From a virus: DNA of 64,000 nt. The position numbers and the translations under genes are program-made. How positions within the stretch are numbered: position 1 is the first letter of the stretch; every line of letters starts with the position of its first letter. This document shows, piece by piece, positions 31,739-41,049 of this stretch. The stretch spans positions 4,496 through 68,495 of IMG/VR virus record IMGVR_UViG_3300031857_000124, one strand, 5' to 3'. The notes beneath the pieces are model-generated. The model searched no databases. It saw nothing but the letters and a program-made list of their open reading frames with translations, and was not told the origin of the DNA.

Positions 31739-32389
31739 ATGATACGAATAAAGATAGCCGACCCACTGTTCCCCGAGCTTTCGGAGTACAACCGATTACT
31801 TAGTGAGTTTAAGGGGCTGTTCCCCCACGTTTCAGTTACGGTCACAAGAAGGAGTTCTGATTACGCAATGTCCACTGCCTGTTTTACCGACTCCAGCACC
31901 GGCCGTATCGAAAGCTTCTTCTCAATCTACCCGCACTCCCCCAACGCCGCAGTTGGACAGGTTAAGGCCGATATAATGTCTGTGGTGCAGGGGATAAGGT
32001 CGTTTGGAGTCCCTGTTGAGTACATTGATTCGGTTCAAGAGCCGAGGGAGAGCCTTCACATAACAAGGGCAAGGCTGTCAGGGTGCGTGTCCATCAAGCA
32101 GATGGTGTCTATGCTGGAGGACGCTAACCACGAAAGGCTTCCGGAGGTGCTTTCATTCATTGAATCTAAGAGGGCATCGGGCGGCAGGCCGAGCAAGAGG
32201 TCTGTAGTTGATCTGATATTTTCGGGGGCTAAGGAGGAAAAGCGGGCGCAGCCAATGAGAACGGGGCTAGAGTGGGCGCAGGTCAAGTCCAGGTGGAAGG
32301 ACCGTTTTCACGACTCTAAATTTGCTAAAACATACAAAAGTCTTGATGAATTTTGTACCTTTGCCACTGACCAGGAGTGTTCGCAATGA
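31739..32389 (+). CDS. Hypothetical protein
   Basis: 216-aa ORF coupled to the tail fibre gene by an ATGA overlap. Confidence 0.6.
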   Translation: MIRIKIADPLFPELSEYNRLLSEFKGLFPHVSVTVTRRSSDYAMSTACFTDSSTGRIESFFSIYPHSPNAAVGQVKADIMSVVQGIRSFGVPVEYIDSVQEPRESLHITRARLSGCVSIKQMVSMLEDANHERLPEVLSFIESKRASGGRPSKRSVVDLIFSGAKEEKRAQPMRTGLEWAQVKSRWKDRFHDSKFAKTYKSLDEFCTFATDQECSQ

Positions 32390-35049
32390 TAACAATAGAC
32401 TCGGTAAGCACAATACAGATAGAGGGGAACGACATGGTGTCGTTTCTCGACGCGAATGGGGATTACATTCAAACGCTGAGTCAGGTTGTCCCAGACAACG
32501 CCCCGACATACATTTCATACAGGTACGATAAGATTACGATTGCACAGGACCCCGGGACTGGCATTACGTTCTCCGTGTACGCCATCACGGCAGTGGGCGG
32601 AAACTCGTTCCCTGCCCTGACTTTTAAGGATACATCAGACACCGTTCTTGCCAAAACAAGGGAGGTGTACAGGCTGCTTGTTACATCTGTCTTCAAGGGT
32701 TGCTGCGACTGCGGGGATACAACCCCGGAGTGTGCGATTCAGTACGAGGTGGGGGATATAACCCAACCGGGCAAGTTCTCTTACGATGGGGCAACGATCA
32801 AGTTTTCATACACCACGGCGAACAATCAGGACTTCACAAACTTTTACCCAATAGTTCAGGACGGATCTTGGGTGTTTTTATTCAGCAAAACAGATCCAAC
32901 GGTTTACGCCGTGGTTCAGCTGTCAGGGTATACCGACGGGGTAACCTGTGCGATATTTACAGCAACAGAGCTCGACTCCAACGGAACCCCGTTTGTTGAA
33001 GGGACTCAGTTCTGCGTGGATTTCACAAGCGTAGGGGGCAACCTTGTTCAGGGCTTCCAAGACGTTCTTGATATCGATTCTGTTTTGACATCAGACAATG
33101 ATATTGATACGTCTGGGTACAGATTTAAGTTCTCCAACACTTACGAGTTCAGTGCGGAGTCCACATCGGGGGAGGAGATAGCCGTTGGTGCTGGCTACGT
33201 AAGGGTTAAGACCCCTAACTACGGCACGGCAACTACGGGAATGGTGCTGGCCCTTGATGGGGCTGGGAATGTGGAGTACATCACCCCGCCGGCCGGAACG
33301 GGCACCGTTACATCTATAGAGGTGAGCGGCGGAACGGGTATATCTGTGTCTCCTGCTGGTCCGATAACTACATCAGGTACATTTACAGTAACTAATACTG
33401 CTCCAGATCAGGTGGTTGTACTTACTGCAGGTACGGGTATATCTATTTCGGGTACATATCCCTCATTTACTATTGCGGGTACAGATTCACTTTTGTATGG
33501 TGTAGCATCAGGGACAAATAACTATACTGTAACTATTACTGGGGTTACAGCCTACACAGCTGGTGATGCCTATATAATTAAGTTTACAAATGGTAATGAT
33601 AATGACTCTGATATTGACATTAACGGACTAGGTATCAAGACTTTAGTCAAAGAGTTTAATGTACAGCTTACTGGGGGAGACATTGTATCAGGGCAACAGT
33701 TAATCATCATGTATGATGGTACTAACTTCCAGACTCTTGGAGTAGCTCCTAACCAACTATTTGCTTATGTAACTAATGATGATTCAGTTACTATAACCAA
33801 GGGTCAGCCAGTATATGCATTTGGCGCAGCTGGTAACAGGATGAGTGTTAAACTTGCTGCTAATACTTCAGATGCAACATCTGCTCAAACGGTTGGTGTA
33901 GTTTTTTCTAATTCTATTGCAGCCGGACAAAAAGGATTTATTATTACTCAGGGTGTTATATCAGGATTAAATACTAGTATGTATAGTCCTGGTAATCAGT
34001 TATACTTAGGTTCAACAGCAGGTTCTCTTACTAACGTCAAACCATATGCACCTAACCATCTTGTATATATAGGTATTGTAGAAAGGGCAAACGCAGGTAA
34101 CGGTCAGATTTACATTAAGCCTCAAAATGGATATGAGTTAGATGAACTTCATAATGTTCAGGCACAAACACCCACTGTAAATGATGTTTTATATTATTTT
34201 GGAGGAAGTCCTGGTCAGTGGAAGACAGCTTCTATATCCACTATTCTTGGTTATACACCATTAAGTGCTGCCATTACATCACTTAATGCTTTAACGGATG
34301 CTTCTCAAACATTTGCTATAGGGACAACTGGTACAGACTTTAATATTAGCTCTGCCACCTCAACACATACCTTTAACCTTCCGACCGCTTCAGCAACCAA
34401 CAGGGGGGCTCTTTCTTCAACCGACTGGTCCACGTTTAACTCTAAGGAGCCGGCGATATCTGCGGGCACGACCCTGCAGTATTGGAGAGGGGATAAGTCT
34501 TGGCAAACCCTTGACACCCTTGCTGTTCCAGAGAATTCGAATCTGTATTTTACCGACTCAAGGGCAAGATCGGCAATATCCCTCACCACAACCGGCACCA
34601 GCGGCGCGGCTACGTACAACAGTTCCACGGGGGTGCTGAATGTTCCCCAGTACACCGGAAGCGTCCCTTACATCTTTGGCACCCACGCGGTTAATGCTGT
34701 TATTGGGGCTGGAGCAACCCTGTATTGGACAAACCGGATCACGGGTGCAGGAGCCGGAACACTGGCTCAGAGGCAGTCATCCATGACCTTTAGCGGTACG
34801 GCGTCTCATCTTCAGGTTCGAACCTCTACGACTCAGCCTGTTTCAGGAGCTTTGACGTTTACGGTTCAAAAAAACGGCGTAGACACCGCTCTTGTTCTTG
34901 TGATTGCCGCCGGATCAGCCGCCGGGGTGTACGATAACGTTATTAATACGTTTACCTTTGTAGACGGAGACCTGATCAGTTTCAAGGGCGTGAACAGCGC
35001 TACTGGAAATAGCGCGGGTCTTTACGATATCCAATTCAACTGCAACTAA
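32386..35049 (+). CDS. Tail fibre/receptor-binding protein
   Basis: GTGTVTSI and TAGTGISISG repeats, ELDELHNV, NLYFTDSRAR and RGALSSTDWSTFNSK fibre motifs. Confidence 0.85.
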   Translation: MITIDSVSTIQIEGNDMVSFLDANGDYIQTLSQVVPDNAPTYISYRYDKITIAQDPGTGITFSVYAITAVGGNSFPALTFKDTSDTVLAKTREVYRLLVTSVFKGCCDCGDTTPECAIQYEVGDITQPGKFSYDGATIKFSYTTANNQDFTNFYPIVQDGSWVFLFSKTDPTVYAVVQLSGYTDGVTCAIFTATELDSNGTPFVEGTQFCVDFTSVGGNLVQGFQDVLDIDSVLTSDNDIDTSGYRFKFSNTYEFSAESTSGEEIAVGAGYVRVKTPNYGTATTGMVLALDGAGNVEYITPPAGTGTVTSIEVSGGTGISVSPAGPITTSGTFTVTNTAPDQVVVLTAGTGISISGTYPSFTIAGTDSLLYGVASGTNNYTVTITGVTAYTAGDAYIIKFTNGNDNDSDIDINGLGIKTLVKEFNVQLTGGDIVSGQQLIIMYDGTNFQTLGVAPNQLFAYVTNDDSVTITKGQPVYAFGAAGNRMSVKLAANTSDATSAQTVGVVFSNSIAAGQKGFIITQGVISGLNTSMYSPGNQLYLGSTAGSLTNVKPYAPNHLVYIGIVERANAGNGQIYIKPQNGYELDELHNVQAQTPTVNDVLYYFGGSPGQWKTASISTILGYTPLSAAITSLNALTDASQTFAIGTTGTDFNISSATSTHTFNLPTASATNRGALSSTDWSTFNSKEPAISAGTTLQYWRGDKSWQTLDTLAVPENSNLYFTDSRARSAISLTTTGTSGAATYNSSTGVLNVPQYTGSVPYIFGTHAVNAVIGAGATLYWTNRITGAGAGTLAQRQSSMTFSGTASHLQVRTSTTQPVSGALTFTVQKNGVDTALVLVIAAGSAAGVYDNVINTFTFVDGDLISFKGVNSATGNSAGLYDIQFNCN

Positions 35050-35321
35050 TGGCTTATACATTCACAAAAACCGGATCTACATGGTCCTTCAGGGTCGGAA
35101 CGATCACTCTTGGTCTTAACGAGAATCTGCCGTCTCACCTTGAGGTTATCAACCTTCTTAACGACGCCACAAACGGCACATCTTACCGGGATTACATGGA
35201 GAGTCTTTTGACTTGGGAAAACTCTGTATCCGGCTCCGCTCTGCAGGCCTTTCGGGACGTGTTCGGTCTGTACGCTATCGACCCTCCGGCTCCACCTATT
35301 GAAATTGATCCAAATCAATAA
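35049..35321 (+). CDS. Hypothetical protein (possible fibre chaperone)
   Basis: Coupled ORF directly after the fibre gene. Confidence 0.55.
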   Translation: MAYTFTKTGSTWSFRVGTITLGLNENLPSHLEVINLLNDATNGTSYRDYMESLLTWENSVSGSALQAFRDVFGLYAIDPPAPPIEIDPNQ

Positions 35322-35323
35322 TT

Positions 35324-35734
35324 ATGAACAAGAATCTCAAAAAGCTGATCTACAAGCTCAATCTTTATGACGGAGTGTGGTCGATCCCTCTTTCCTTCCT
35401 GATATTTTTTCTGGTCGGCAAATACTCTTACGAGTACTTCAATTCGCCCCTGATCTCCGTGGAGTATTATCAGGTGGTGTTTATGGCTGCTATGATCATG
35501 GTTTTCGGCAACTTCGTTGTATTTTTGGGCCTCAATCTCAACTTCAGAAGCTTGCAACGCTACTTCTATAGCAGAGAGATAAAAGACCACGTCCAATACT
35601 CATTAAGCACATGGCAACGGATAAAGCTGTACGTTTTTGTTTACTCATTCTTTTTCTGTGCATTCCTGTTTTTGGTCTGGATGCTTCTGACGGTTACTGC
35701 GTCAGGGCTACCGCAGACTATTATGTCGGAGTAA
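35324..35734 (+). CDS. Three-TM membrane protein, candidate holin
   Basis: Three hydrophobic segments, overlaps the endolysin gene. Confidence 0.55.
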   Translation: MNKNLKKLIYKLNLYDGVWSIPLSFLIFFLVGKYSYEYFNSPLISVEYYQVVFMAAMIMVFGNFVVFLGLNLNFRSLQRYFYSREIKDHVQYSLSTWQRIKLYVFVYSFFFCAFLFLVWMLLTVTASGLPQTIMSE

Positions 35735-36186
35735 CAGAAAAGGGAGGAAACAACCGGGGGTTTACAAGTAAGGCCCTTCAGGAAGAGCTCAAGAACGCGG
35801 GTTGGCAGCCCGGACACGCATGGTGCGCGTACTTTGTCAAGGCAATGCTTGACGATTGCGGTATTCCGAATACGGTTACCGGATGGTCTCCTACGGCATA
35901 CAATCGAAAAGACGTCATCTACACCGATGGTCGGTTTCAGAAGTCATTCAGCGACAACGACGTTCTTGTTGCCACATACACTTATCAGAGTTTTGTCGGT
36001 AAGCGATTCAAAGGGATCGGTCATACCGGTGTTGTGGATAAAATCGGGAAGTATTCGATTCGAGCAATCGAGGGGAACACCAATGACCAAGGCATGCGGG
36101 ACAGCAGGGCCGGAGACGGGGTTTACATAAAGATTCGTCCCCTGACCCGGAACGTCCATATCACTCGCTGGGGCAAGAGGCGTTAA
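35611..36186 (+). CDS. CHAP-domain endolysin with N-terminal signal sequence
   Basis: AWCAYFV, GHTG and IEGNT CHAP motifs, hydrophobic N-terminus. Confidence 0.85.
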   Translation: MATDKAVRFCLLILFLCIPVFGLDASDGYCVRATADYYVGVTEKGGNNRGFTSKALQEELKNAGWQPGHAWCAYFVKAMLDDCGIPNTVTGWSPTAYNRKDVIYTDGRFQKSFSDNDVLVATYTYQSFVGKRFKGIGHTGVVDKIGKYSIRAIEGNTNDQGMRDSRAGDGVYIKIRPLTRNVHITRWGKRR

Positions 36187-36623
36187 AGGAAGAAGTAGAT
36201 GAATGCCGCTCCGGCGGTAGCTACCCCGGCATAGCATTTCCAGAAGATCTTTTTTCGGCGCTCTGACTTCATGGCGCTTGTTTCAGACTCAAGCCTCCTC
36301 TGTAGGTACTCGATGTTCTTTTCCAGAGACTCAATGGTTGCCCGATCGTTCTCCAAGGACTCAGAGCACAGCTTGTTGTTTTCTAGCGCAAGTTCAAGAG
36401 CCACCTCTGCTGCACGCAACTGCTCTTTGTACATTCGAATTCTCTCAGACCTCGCATCCAAGCTGATCTTGTCCTGACGGATTGTTTCTGCGGCTGCAGA
36501 CACAACCTCTTGAGCTTCCCTTGGAATCTTCGGAGCATCATTCACTTGGCTGAAGCCTGCCTGAGCGATACTCATTGAGAAGATAAGTCCAAGAATTGTT
36601 GTAAGTCTTCTGAAGTGAATCAT
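36183..36623 (-). CDS. Coiled-coil envelope protein, spanin-like
   Basis: Signal-like N-terminus (MIHFRRLTTILGLIF), coiled coil, C-terminal hydrophobic segment. Confidence 0.45.
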   Translation of the reverse strand: MIHFRRLTTILGLIFSMSIAQAGFSQVNDAPKIPREAQEVVSAAAETIRQDKISLDARSERIRMYKEQLRAAEVALELALENNKLCSESLENDRATIESLEKNIEYLQRRLESETSAMKSERRKKIFWKCYAGVATAGAAFIYFFL

Positions 36624-36936
36624 TGGATAGATGAGGTATTTGTGAAACAAATGTTCTGGAGTTCTTGATCCTGAGGAATTCCTGTTCCTCTCTCTGTTTA
36701 TCGTAGACGATAAAAGAGTCGATAGCAGCCTTGGTTTGGAGTACAACCTGAGTGTTTTGTTGCATCTCTTGGTAGTAGCCCTCATTGATTTCGCGGAGCC
36801 TTTCAATGGCAATCCTTTCGGTTTGGTTCTCAGTCCTCACCGATCCTATGTTGTAGACCAAGAAGAAGGTCCCAAACAGGACAGCCACAACCAGGGCAAG
36901 GATGATCAGTGTGTATATGTTTTTCGTCTTGTCCAT
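36538..36936 (-). CDS. N-anchored coiled-coil protein, spanin-like
   Basis: N-terminal TM plus coiled coil, overlaps the neighbouring gene next to the endolysin. Confidence 0.45.
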   Translation of the reverse strand: MDKTKNIYTLIILALVVAVLFGTFFLVYNIGSVRTENQTERIAIERLREINEGYYQEMQQNTQVVLQTKAAIDSFIVYDKQREEQEFLRIKNSRTFVSQIPHLSNDSLQKTYNNSWTYLLNEYRSGRLQPSE

Positions 36937-37093
36937 AGTACAAATTTACTCAAAATTTGCATACCCCAAGTCTTCCCACACAGGAGATTCGTTCATTGTT
37001 TTTTTTCTTGCAAATTTAATGGTATTCCCGCAGGTATTCTTGCAAGAAGTTCACTACCTTTGATGTAGCACATTCACAGTGCGTATAATTAAT

Positions 37094-37609
37094 ATGCCAA
37101 GACGGAACTCAAGAACGCGGTCTAACACGGTAAGGAAGGCCGGCCCCAAGAAGGGGAGCGGTGGGAAAATAAGATCCACACAAAAGATTGTTGATGGCAT
37201 ACAGTTCAAGTCAATGCTTGAGGTGTTCACTTACAGAAAGCTGCTTGAGTATGAACTCAGGTTTGAGTATGAAAAGAAACGGTTCGTGGTTATGCCTGGG
37301 TTTGACTACCCTGAGTGTTCGTGGGAAAGCAAACCAAGTGGGGACTACGAGGACAAGGGGCATGGAAGGGTGAGGGACATTACCTACACCCCGGACTTTG
37401 TGGGGTATGATTTGCACGGCAATATGCAGTGGGTTATAGAGTGCAAGGGCTTCGCCAACGAGCGCTTCCCCAACACGTGGAAGCTGTTTAAGCAGACCCT
37501 TATCCGGGAGGGGAATCCTGTTCCGCTGTACCTCCCAAAAAACCAAAAGCAGGTGCTTGAATCGATTGAGAAAATATTGCTCTTAGGCAATCCAACCCCT
37601 CTCCCTTGA
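37094..37609 (+). CDS. PD-(D/E)xK endonuclease, endonuclease I/resolvase-like
   Basis: FKSMLE, YTPDF and IECKG motifs. Confidence 0.75.
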   Translation: MPRRNSRTRSNTVRKAGPKKGSGGKIRSTQKIVDGIQFKSMLEVFTYRKLLEYELRFEYEKKRFVVMPGFDYPECSWESKPSGDYEDKGHGRVRDITYTPDFVGYDLHGNMQWVIECKGFANERFPNTWKLFKQTLIREGNPVPLYLPKNQKQVLESIEKILLLGNPTPLP

Positions 37610-37954
37610 TTCTTTAGGGTGTCGTTCTACATACTCGTGGCAGTTCCTACACAGGGCCATCCATGTTTTAACGTTTAAGTAGTTCTGACCCCTCCTGTGT
37701 ACGTGGTGTACGTCAGTGGACCTCAAGAAGCATCCTTGCAGATTTAGTTTGCACTGCGGGTGGTTTTTGAGGAACACATCACGAAGTGCGTAGTACGCCC
37801 TGTCTTCTTTCTTCTTCTTTTCGCTTACCTTGTTTATCCTGTTTTTAGTTCCATGGGCGATCTTGCACTCCGTGTTACCACAGGTGACTTCCATGGTGCT
37901 GTACTTTGGGGTAAATGGTGCTTTGCACACCCTACACAACTTTGCTTTTTTCAT
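37583..37954 (-). CDS. HNH-type nuclease (NinG-like N-terminus)
   Basis: CRVC...C...C zinc motif, DVHH and LCRNCH. Confidence 0.7.
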   Translation of the reverse strand: MKKAKLCRVCKAPFTPKYSTMEVTCGNTECKIAHGTKNRINKVSEKKKKEDRAYYALRDVFLKNHPQCKLNLQGCFLRSTDVHHVHRRGQNYLNVKTWMALCRNCHEYVERHPKESRERGWIA

Positions 37955-39183
37955 AGGTGTTTCGGCAAAGAAACTTATTCATCTTTAGTGAATGGGAGGA
38001 ATTGCCGCCTCAAAGTTAAATTAAATTTTGGTATTTCAAACGAATGAACTATATTTGTTCCGTGAAACTGACATTGCAGATAAAATTGCTGCCTGATAAT
38101 AAACAGGCAAATGCTCTCAAAGATACTTTGAAGGAGTGTAATACCGCCTGTAATGAAATTTCCAAACGGTGTTTTGAGAAAAAGATTTGGGGGCAATATA
38201 GAATCCATCACGAAGTTTACTATTCTGTAAAATCCTCTTTCAATCTTTCCTCTCAAATGGTTGTAAGATGTATTTCTAAGGTTGCTGACAGCTACAAGTT
38301 GGATAAGAAGGTTCAACGAATATTTAAGCAGTTTGGCAGCATTGCTTATGATAGCAGGATTCTTACCTATAAACAATCCGAAGTATCTATTTGGACTGTT
38401 GAAGGTAGATTGAAAATTCCTTTTGTTTGCCACAACCCCCAATACATTCCATACATTAAAGGCGAAGCGGATTTGGTTTACAAGAAGGGTAAATTTTACA
38501 TTTTTCAAACTGTTGAAGTTCCCGAAGAAGATATAAAAGATATTGAGGAATTTATCGGTTGCGATTTTGGACAAACAGATATTTGCACTCTGTCCGATGG
38601 CACTAATTTTAATTCTGAACAACTTAAAAAGATTCGTAAAAAATATTCTAAAGTAAGAGCTTCGGTTCAATCCAAAGGCACTAAAGGAAGCAAGAAACTT
38701 CTGAAACGGCTTGGCGGGAGAGAACGAAGATTCGCTACAATTTCTAACCATACAGTTAGTAAACAGATAGTAGCTAAAGCCAAAGAAGAAAATAAAGGCA
38801 TAGCTATTGAGGATTTGAGTAAAATTAGATTTACCGCAAAGCCAAAAAGCAAAGCACAAAAGACAGAACTTAACCGTTGGAGCTTCTATCAGCTTCGTCG
38901 ATTTCTGACATACAAAGCGTTGCTTAATGGCATTAAACTTGCGGTAATTCCACCTGCTTATACTTCTCAAACTTGCTCTGTTTGTTTGCATATTGGTAAA
39001 AGAGTAGCGAAAAAATTTACTTGTGAAAACTGCGGAAATATTTCTGATGCAGACGAAAACGCTGCTAAGAATATTTCTGCATGGGGTGTCGCTGTAAATA
39101 CGCCCGAAAAGAATAATATGTTTTGCTCTCTGCATTCGTGTTAATTCTTAAGCCTATTGGTCTTTAGCCAATGGGTAGTTTAC
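37955..39183 (+). mobile_element. IS200/IS605-family, TnpB-only (IS1341-like) element
   Basis: Related subterminal hairpins with TCTTTAG loops at 37974-37996 and 39153-39175, AT-rich interior. Removing it restores a TGA-A-ATG gene junction. Confidence 0.85.
38044..39144 (+). CDS. tnpB: RNA-guided endonuclease TnpB
   Basis: RuvC I GCDFG, RuvC II AIEDL, zinc finger TSQTCSVC...CENC, RuvC III DADENAAKN. Catalytic D-E-D is intact. Confidence 0.93.
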   Translation: MNYICSVKLTLQIKLLPDNKQANALKDTLKECNTACNEISKRCFEKKIWGQYRIHHEVYYSVKSSFNLSSQMVVRCISKVADSYKLDKKVQRIFKQFGSIAYDSRILTYKQSEVSIWTVEGRLKIPFVCHNPQYIPYIKGEADLVYKKGKFYIFQTVEVPEEDIKDIEEFIGCDFGQTDICTLSDGTNFNSEQLKKIRKKYSKVRASVQSKGTKGSKKLLKRLGGRERRFATISNHTVSKQIVAKAKEENKGIAIEDLSKIRFTAKPKSKAQKTELNRWSFYQLRRFLTYKALLNGIKLAVIPPAYTSQTCSVCLHIGKRVAKKFTCENCGNISDADENAAKNISAWGVAVNTPEKNNMFCSLHSC

Positions 39184-39200
39184 TTCAGTTTTTTGGAAAT
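39030..39200 (+). ncRNA. Putative omega/reRNA (boundaries approximate)
   Basis: Expected overlap with the tnpB 3' end and right-end hairpin. The guide would begin at 39184. Confidence 0.5.
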
Positions 39201-39616
39201 TCAGTTCCTCCCCCCACAGGCTCTGGCTCATTAATTTTTTTGAAGTGCCTTGCGTAAATGGCGTTGGTGTACTCTTCCGCCCATGTGACCACGTCTTCTT
39301 CGTGGTTGTCTACATCCCAACTGTGTATCAGTAAAGACATATGGATCATTTCGTGGTTAATCAGGGTAACATCCCGGTAATCACCGTGCAGTGCGGATCT
39401 GTTAATAAATACAAAGGGCAAAGGATCGGTATTCAACAGGGTGTCCTTAGGATCGTAGTTGGCAAAACCATCTATGTAGGTACCCCCCTCAGCTATCCTG
39501 TTAATACATTCGATCTTGCTGACCCCGTGCATCTCCTGGACACTGTAGTAATCAAACAGTTCTACGGCATTATTCCCAATGAGTAGAACAAACTGTGCAT
39601 AGTATATCACTTCCAT
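39185..39616 (-). CDS. HExxH metallopeptidase-like protein
   Basis: INHEMIH followed by a downstream EE. Confidence 0.55.
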   Translation of the reverse strand: MEVIYYAQFVLLIGNNAVELFDYYSVQEMHGVSKIECINRIAEGGTYIDGFANYDPKDTLLNTDPLPFVFINRSALHGDYRDVTLINHEMIHMSLLIHSWDVDNHEEDVVTWAEEYTNAIYARHFKKINEPEPVGGGTEFPKN

Positions 39617-39770
39617 TCTGTCAAGTTATATGTTTACTTTTTATAGCCCTATACTGAAATTTATATCCATCTCCACTCTGTCTATCTTGTATGAATTTAA
39701 TTCTTCCTATCTACTGTTTTTGGATATAGGAGGAAGGTTTTATTCGCCTATATGTAAGTTAGCGGTAATG

Positions 39771-40100
39771 CTACCACGCATCCATAACGACATCGCAACT
39801 GTCAAACTTTTGTTTAGTCCAATCTATTGAGCCATTATTATCTACCCATACCGCTTTTTGTTTACAATAAATCTTTATACCATCAACTCTCAACTGATGA
39901 ACCACATCTTCCATTTCCTCATCACTCATATTATTTGCAGGTTTTATACTTTCCTTTACAAAAGTTTGAAGTTGCTTTTGTTCTTCGCAGTTACACACAT
40001 ATCTACTGCGTTGTTTGCTTCCACATCCTGAAAGCACTACCGCTAACAACAAACTTGCAAAAGCAAGGGTTAATCGGTTAATTGAAAATCTGTTTTTCAT
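39771..40100 (-). CDS. Lipoprotein (cassette gene)
   Basis: MKNRFSINRLTLAFASLLLAVVLSG-C lipobox signal, A-rich start context. Confidence 0.7.
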   Translation of the reverse strand: MKNRFSINRLTLAFASLLLAVVLSGCGSKQRSRYVCNCEEQKQLQTFVKESIKPANNMSDEEMEDVVHQLRVDGIKIYCKQKAVWVDNNGSIDWTKQKFDSCDVVMDAW

Positions 40101-40173
40101 TTTGATATTTGTTTTTAAGTTAAAAATTTGTACTTCTAAATCCTTTCCTTCGCAAGTTTGCAAAACGTTATAA
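40041..40173. repeat. attC-like palindromic site (133 bp)
   Basis: CGCTAAC..AAACTTGC...GCAAGTTT-GCAAAAC-GTTATAA. Confidence 0.7.
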
Positions 40174-40608
40174 GTAATTTTTTACAAATTCCGACATTTC
40201 AACCAAAGAGGCATCTCTCCTTCCTGTATTTGCAAATACTGTAGTTAAAACAATGTTATCTTTTTTATATCCAATACTATTATCTAATCTATCTAAACTT
40301 GGTTTTCTCAATTTGTCTTTTAATGTAAAGTCTATAGGTATATTTAACCAATAACACATACCGTTTTGTTTGTTTTTTAAGTGTTCTAAAAAAGCACCAT
40401 TTATTTTATCATCAACATCGTGTACTTTCTTATTCCTACCATCTGGCAATTTTTGATTTTTAGCCTTCCTTGATGATAATGTTGACATTAACCTATATTT
40501 CCAATTTGAATTATAACAAACTTTACATTGCCCTCTTTGTTTGCCATTGCCTCTACTTGAATATTCAGCTAACGGTTTTAATACTTTACACTCTATACAT
40601 TCTTTCAT
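40168..40608 (-). CDS. HNH/endonuclease VII-like protein (cassette gene)
   Basis: CIEC...CKVC zinc motif and PSLDRLDNSIGYKKDNIVL. Confidence 0.7.
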   Translation of the reverse strand: MKECIECKVLKPLAEYSSRGNGKQRGQCKVCYNSNWKYRLMSTLSSRKAKNQKLPDGRNKKVHDVDDKINGAFLEHLKNKQNGMCYWLNIPIDFTLKDKLRKPSLDRLDNSIGYKKDNIVLTTVFANTGRRDASLVEMSEFVKNYL

Positions 40609-40630
40609 AATTATATCAATTTAAAACTAC

Positions 40631-40685
40631 TTATAACAGCACATTGGCGGCATTAAAACGACCGCCAATCTGCAAAACGTTAGCT
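40631..40685. repeat. attC-like palindromic site (55 bp)
   Basis: TTATAAC-AGCAC-ATTGGCGG...CCGCCAAT-CTGCAAAAC-GTTAGCT. Confidence 0.7.
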
Positions 40686-40731
40686 GCTATTTTGGGACAA
40701 CCCCTCAACTTTTCTTGTTGATTTAGATCAA

Positions 40732-41049
40732 TCAAAACGGCACCCCGTCGCTTTCGTAGACATACTCTCCCACAAGCTCTCTTCTGCCGGAATTATTGAT
40801 CTTGGTTAATATACTGTTTTCTGAGTCTGTTTCGTACCAGAACGCTACCGGCTCTCCCTGACTTTCATCCGGGTCAGGTAGCAATGTAATATTTTCCGGG
40901 ATGTAGACATACGACTTCCCGGCCTTTCTGCAGGCCAAGGCTTCCTTGCAAACAACTGTCAGGCTGTTCCCGGGAGGAGGAGTCCCTCCGCCAGAAAAGA
41001 TAGCCATGATGTCCTTGGTTTTGATTATTGGGACCGTGATTTTTGTCAT
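40732..41049 (-). CDS. Hypothetical protein
   Basis: Coupled ORF in the leftward operon. Confidence 0.6.
   Translation of the reverse strand: MTKITVPIIKTKDIMAIFSGGGTPPPGNSLTVVCKEALACRKAGKSYVYIPENITLLPDPDESQGEPVAFWYETDSENSILTKINNSGRRELVGEYVYESDGVPF

Noticed and set aside
37975-39135. 386-aa minus-strand ORF
   Set aside because: It is the antisense shadow of tnpB and has no recognisable motifs
39620-39757. A third complete attC-like site and cassette
   Set aside because: Only a partial hairpin (ATATAGG/CCTATAT) and an orphan GTTATATG remain, so it is treated as degenerate
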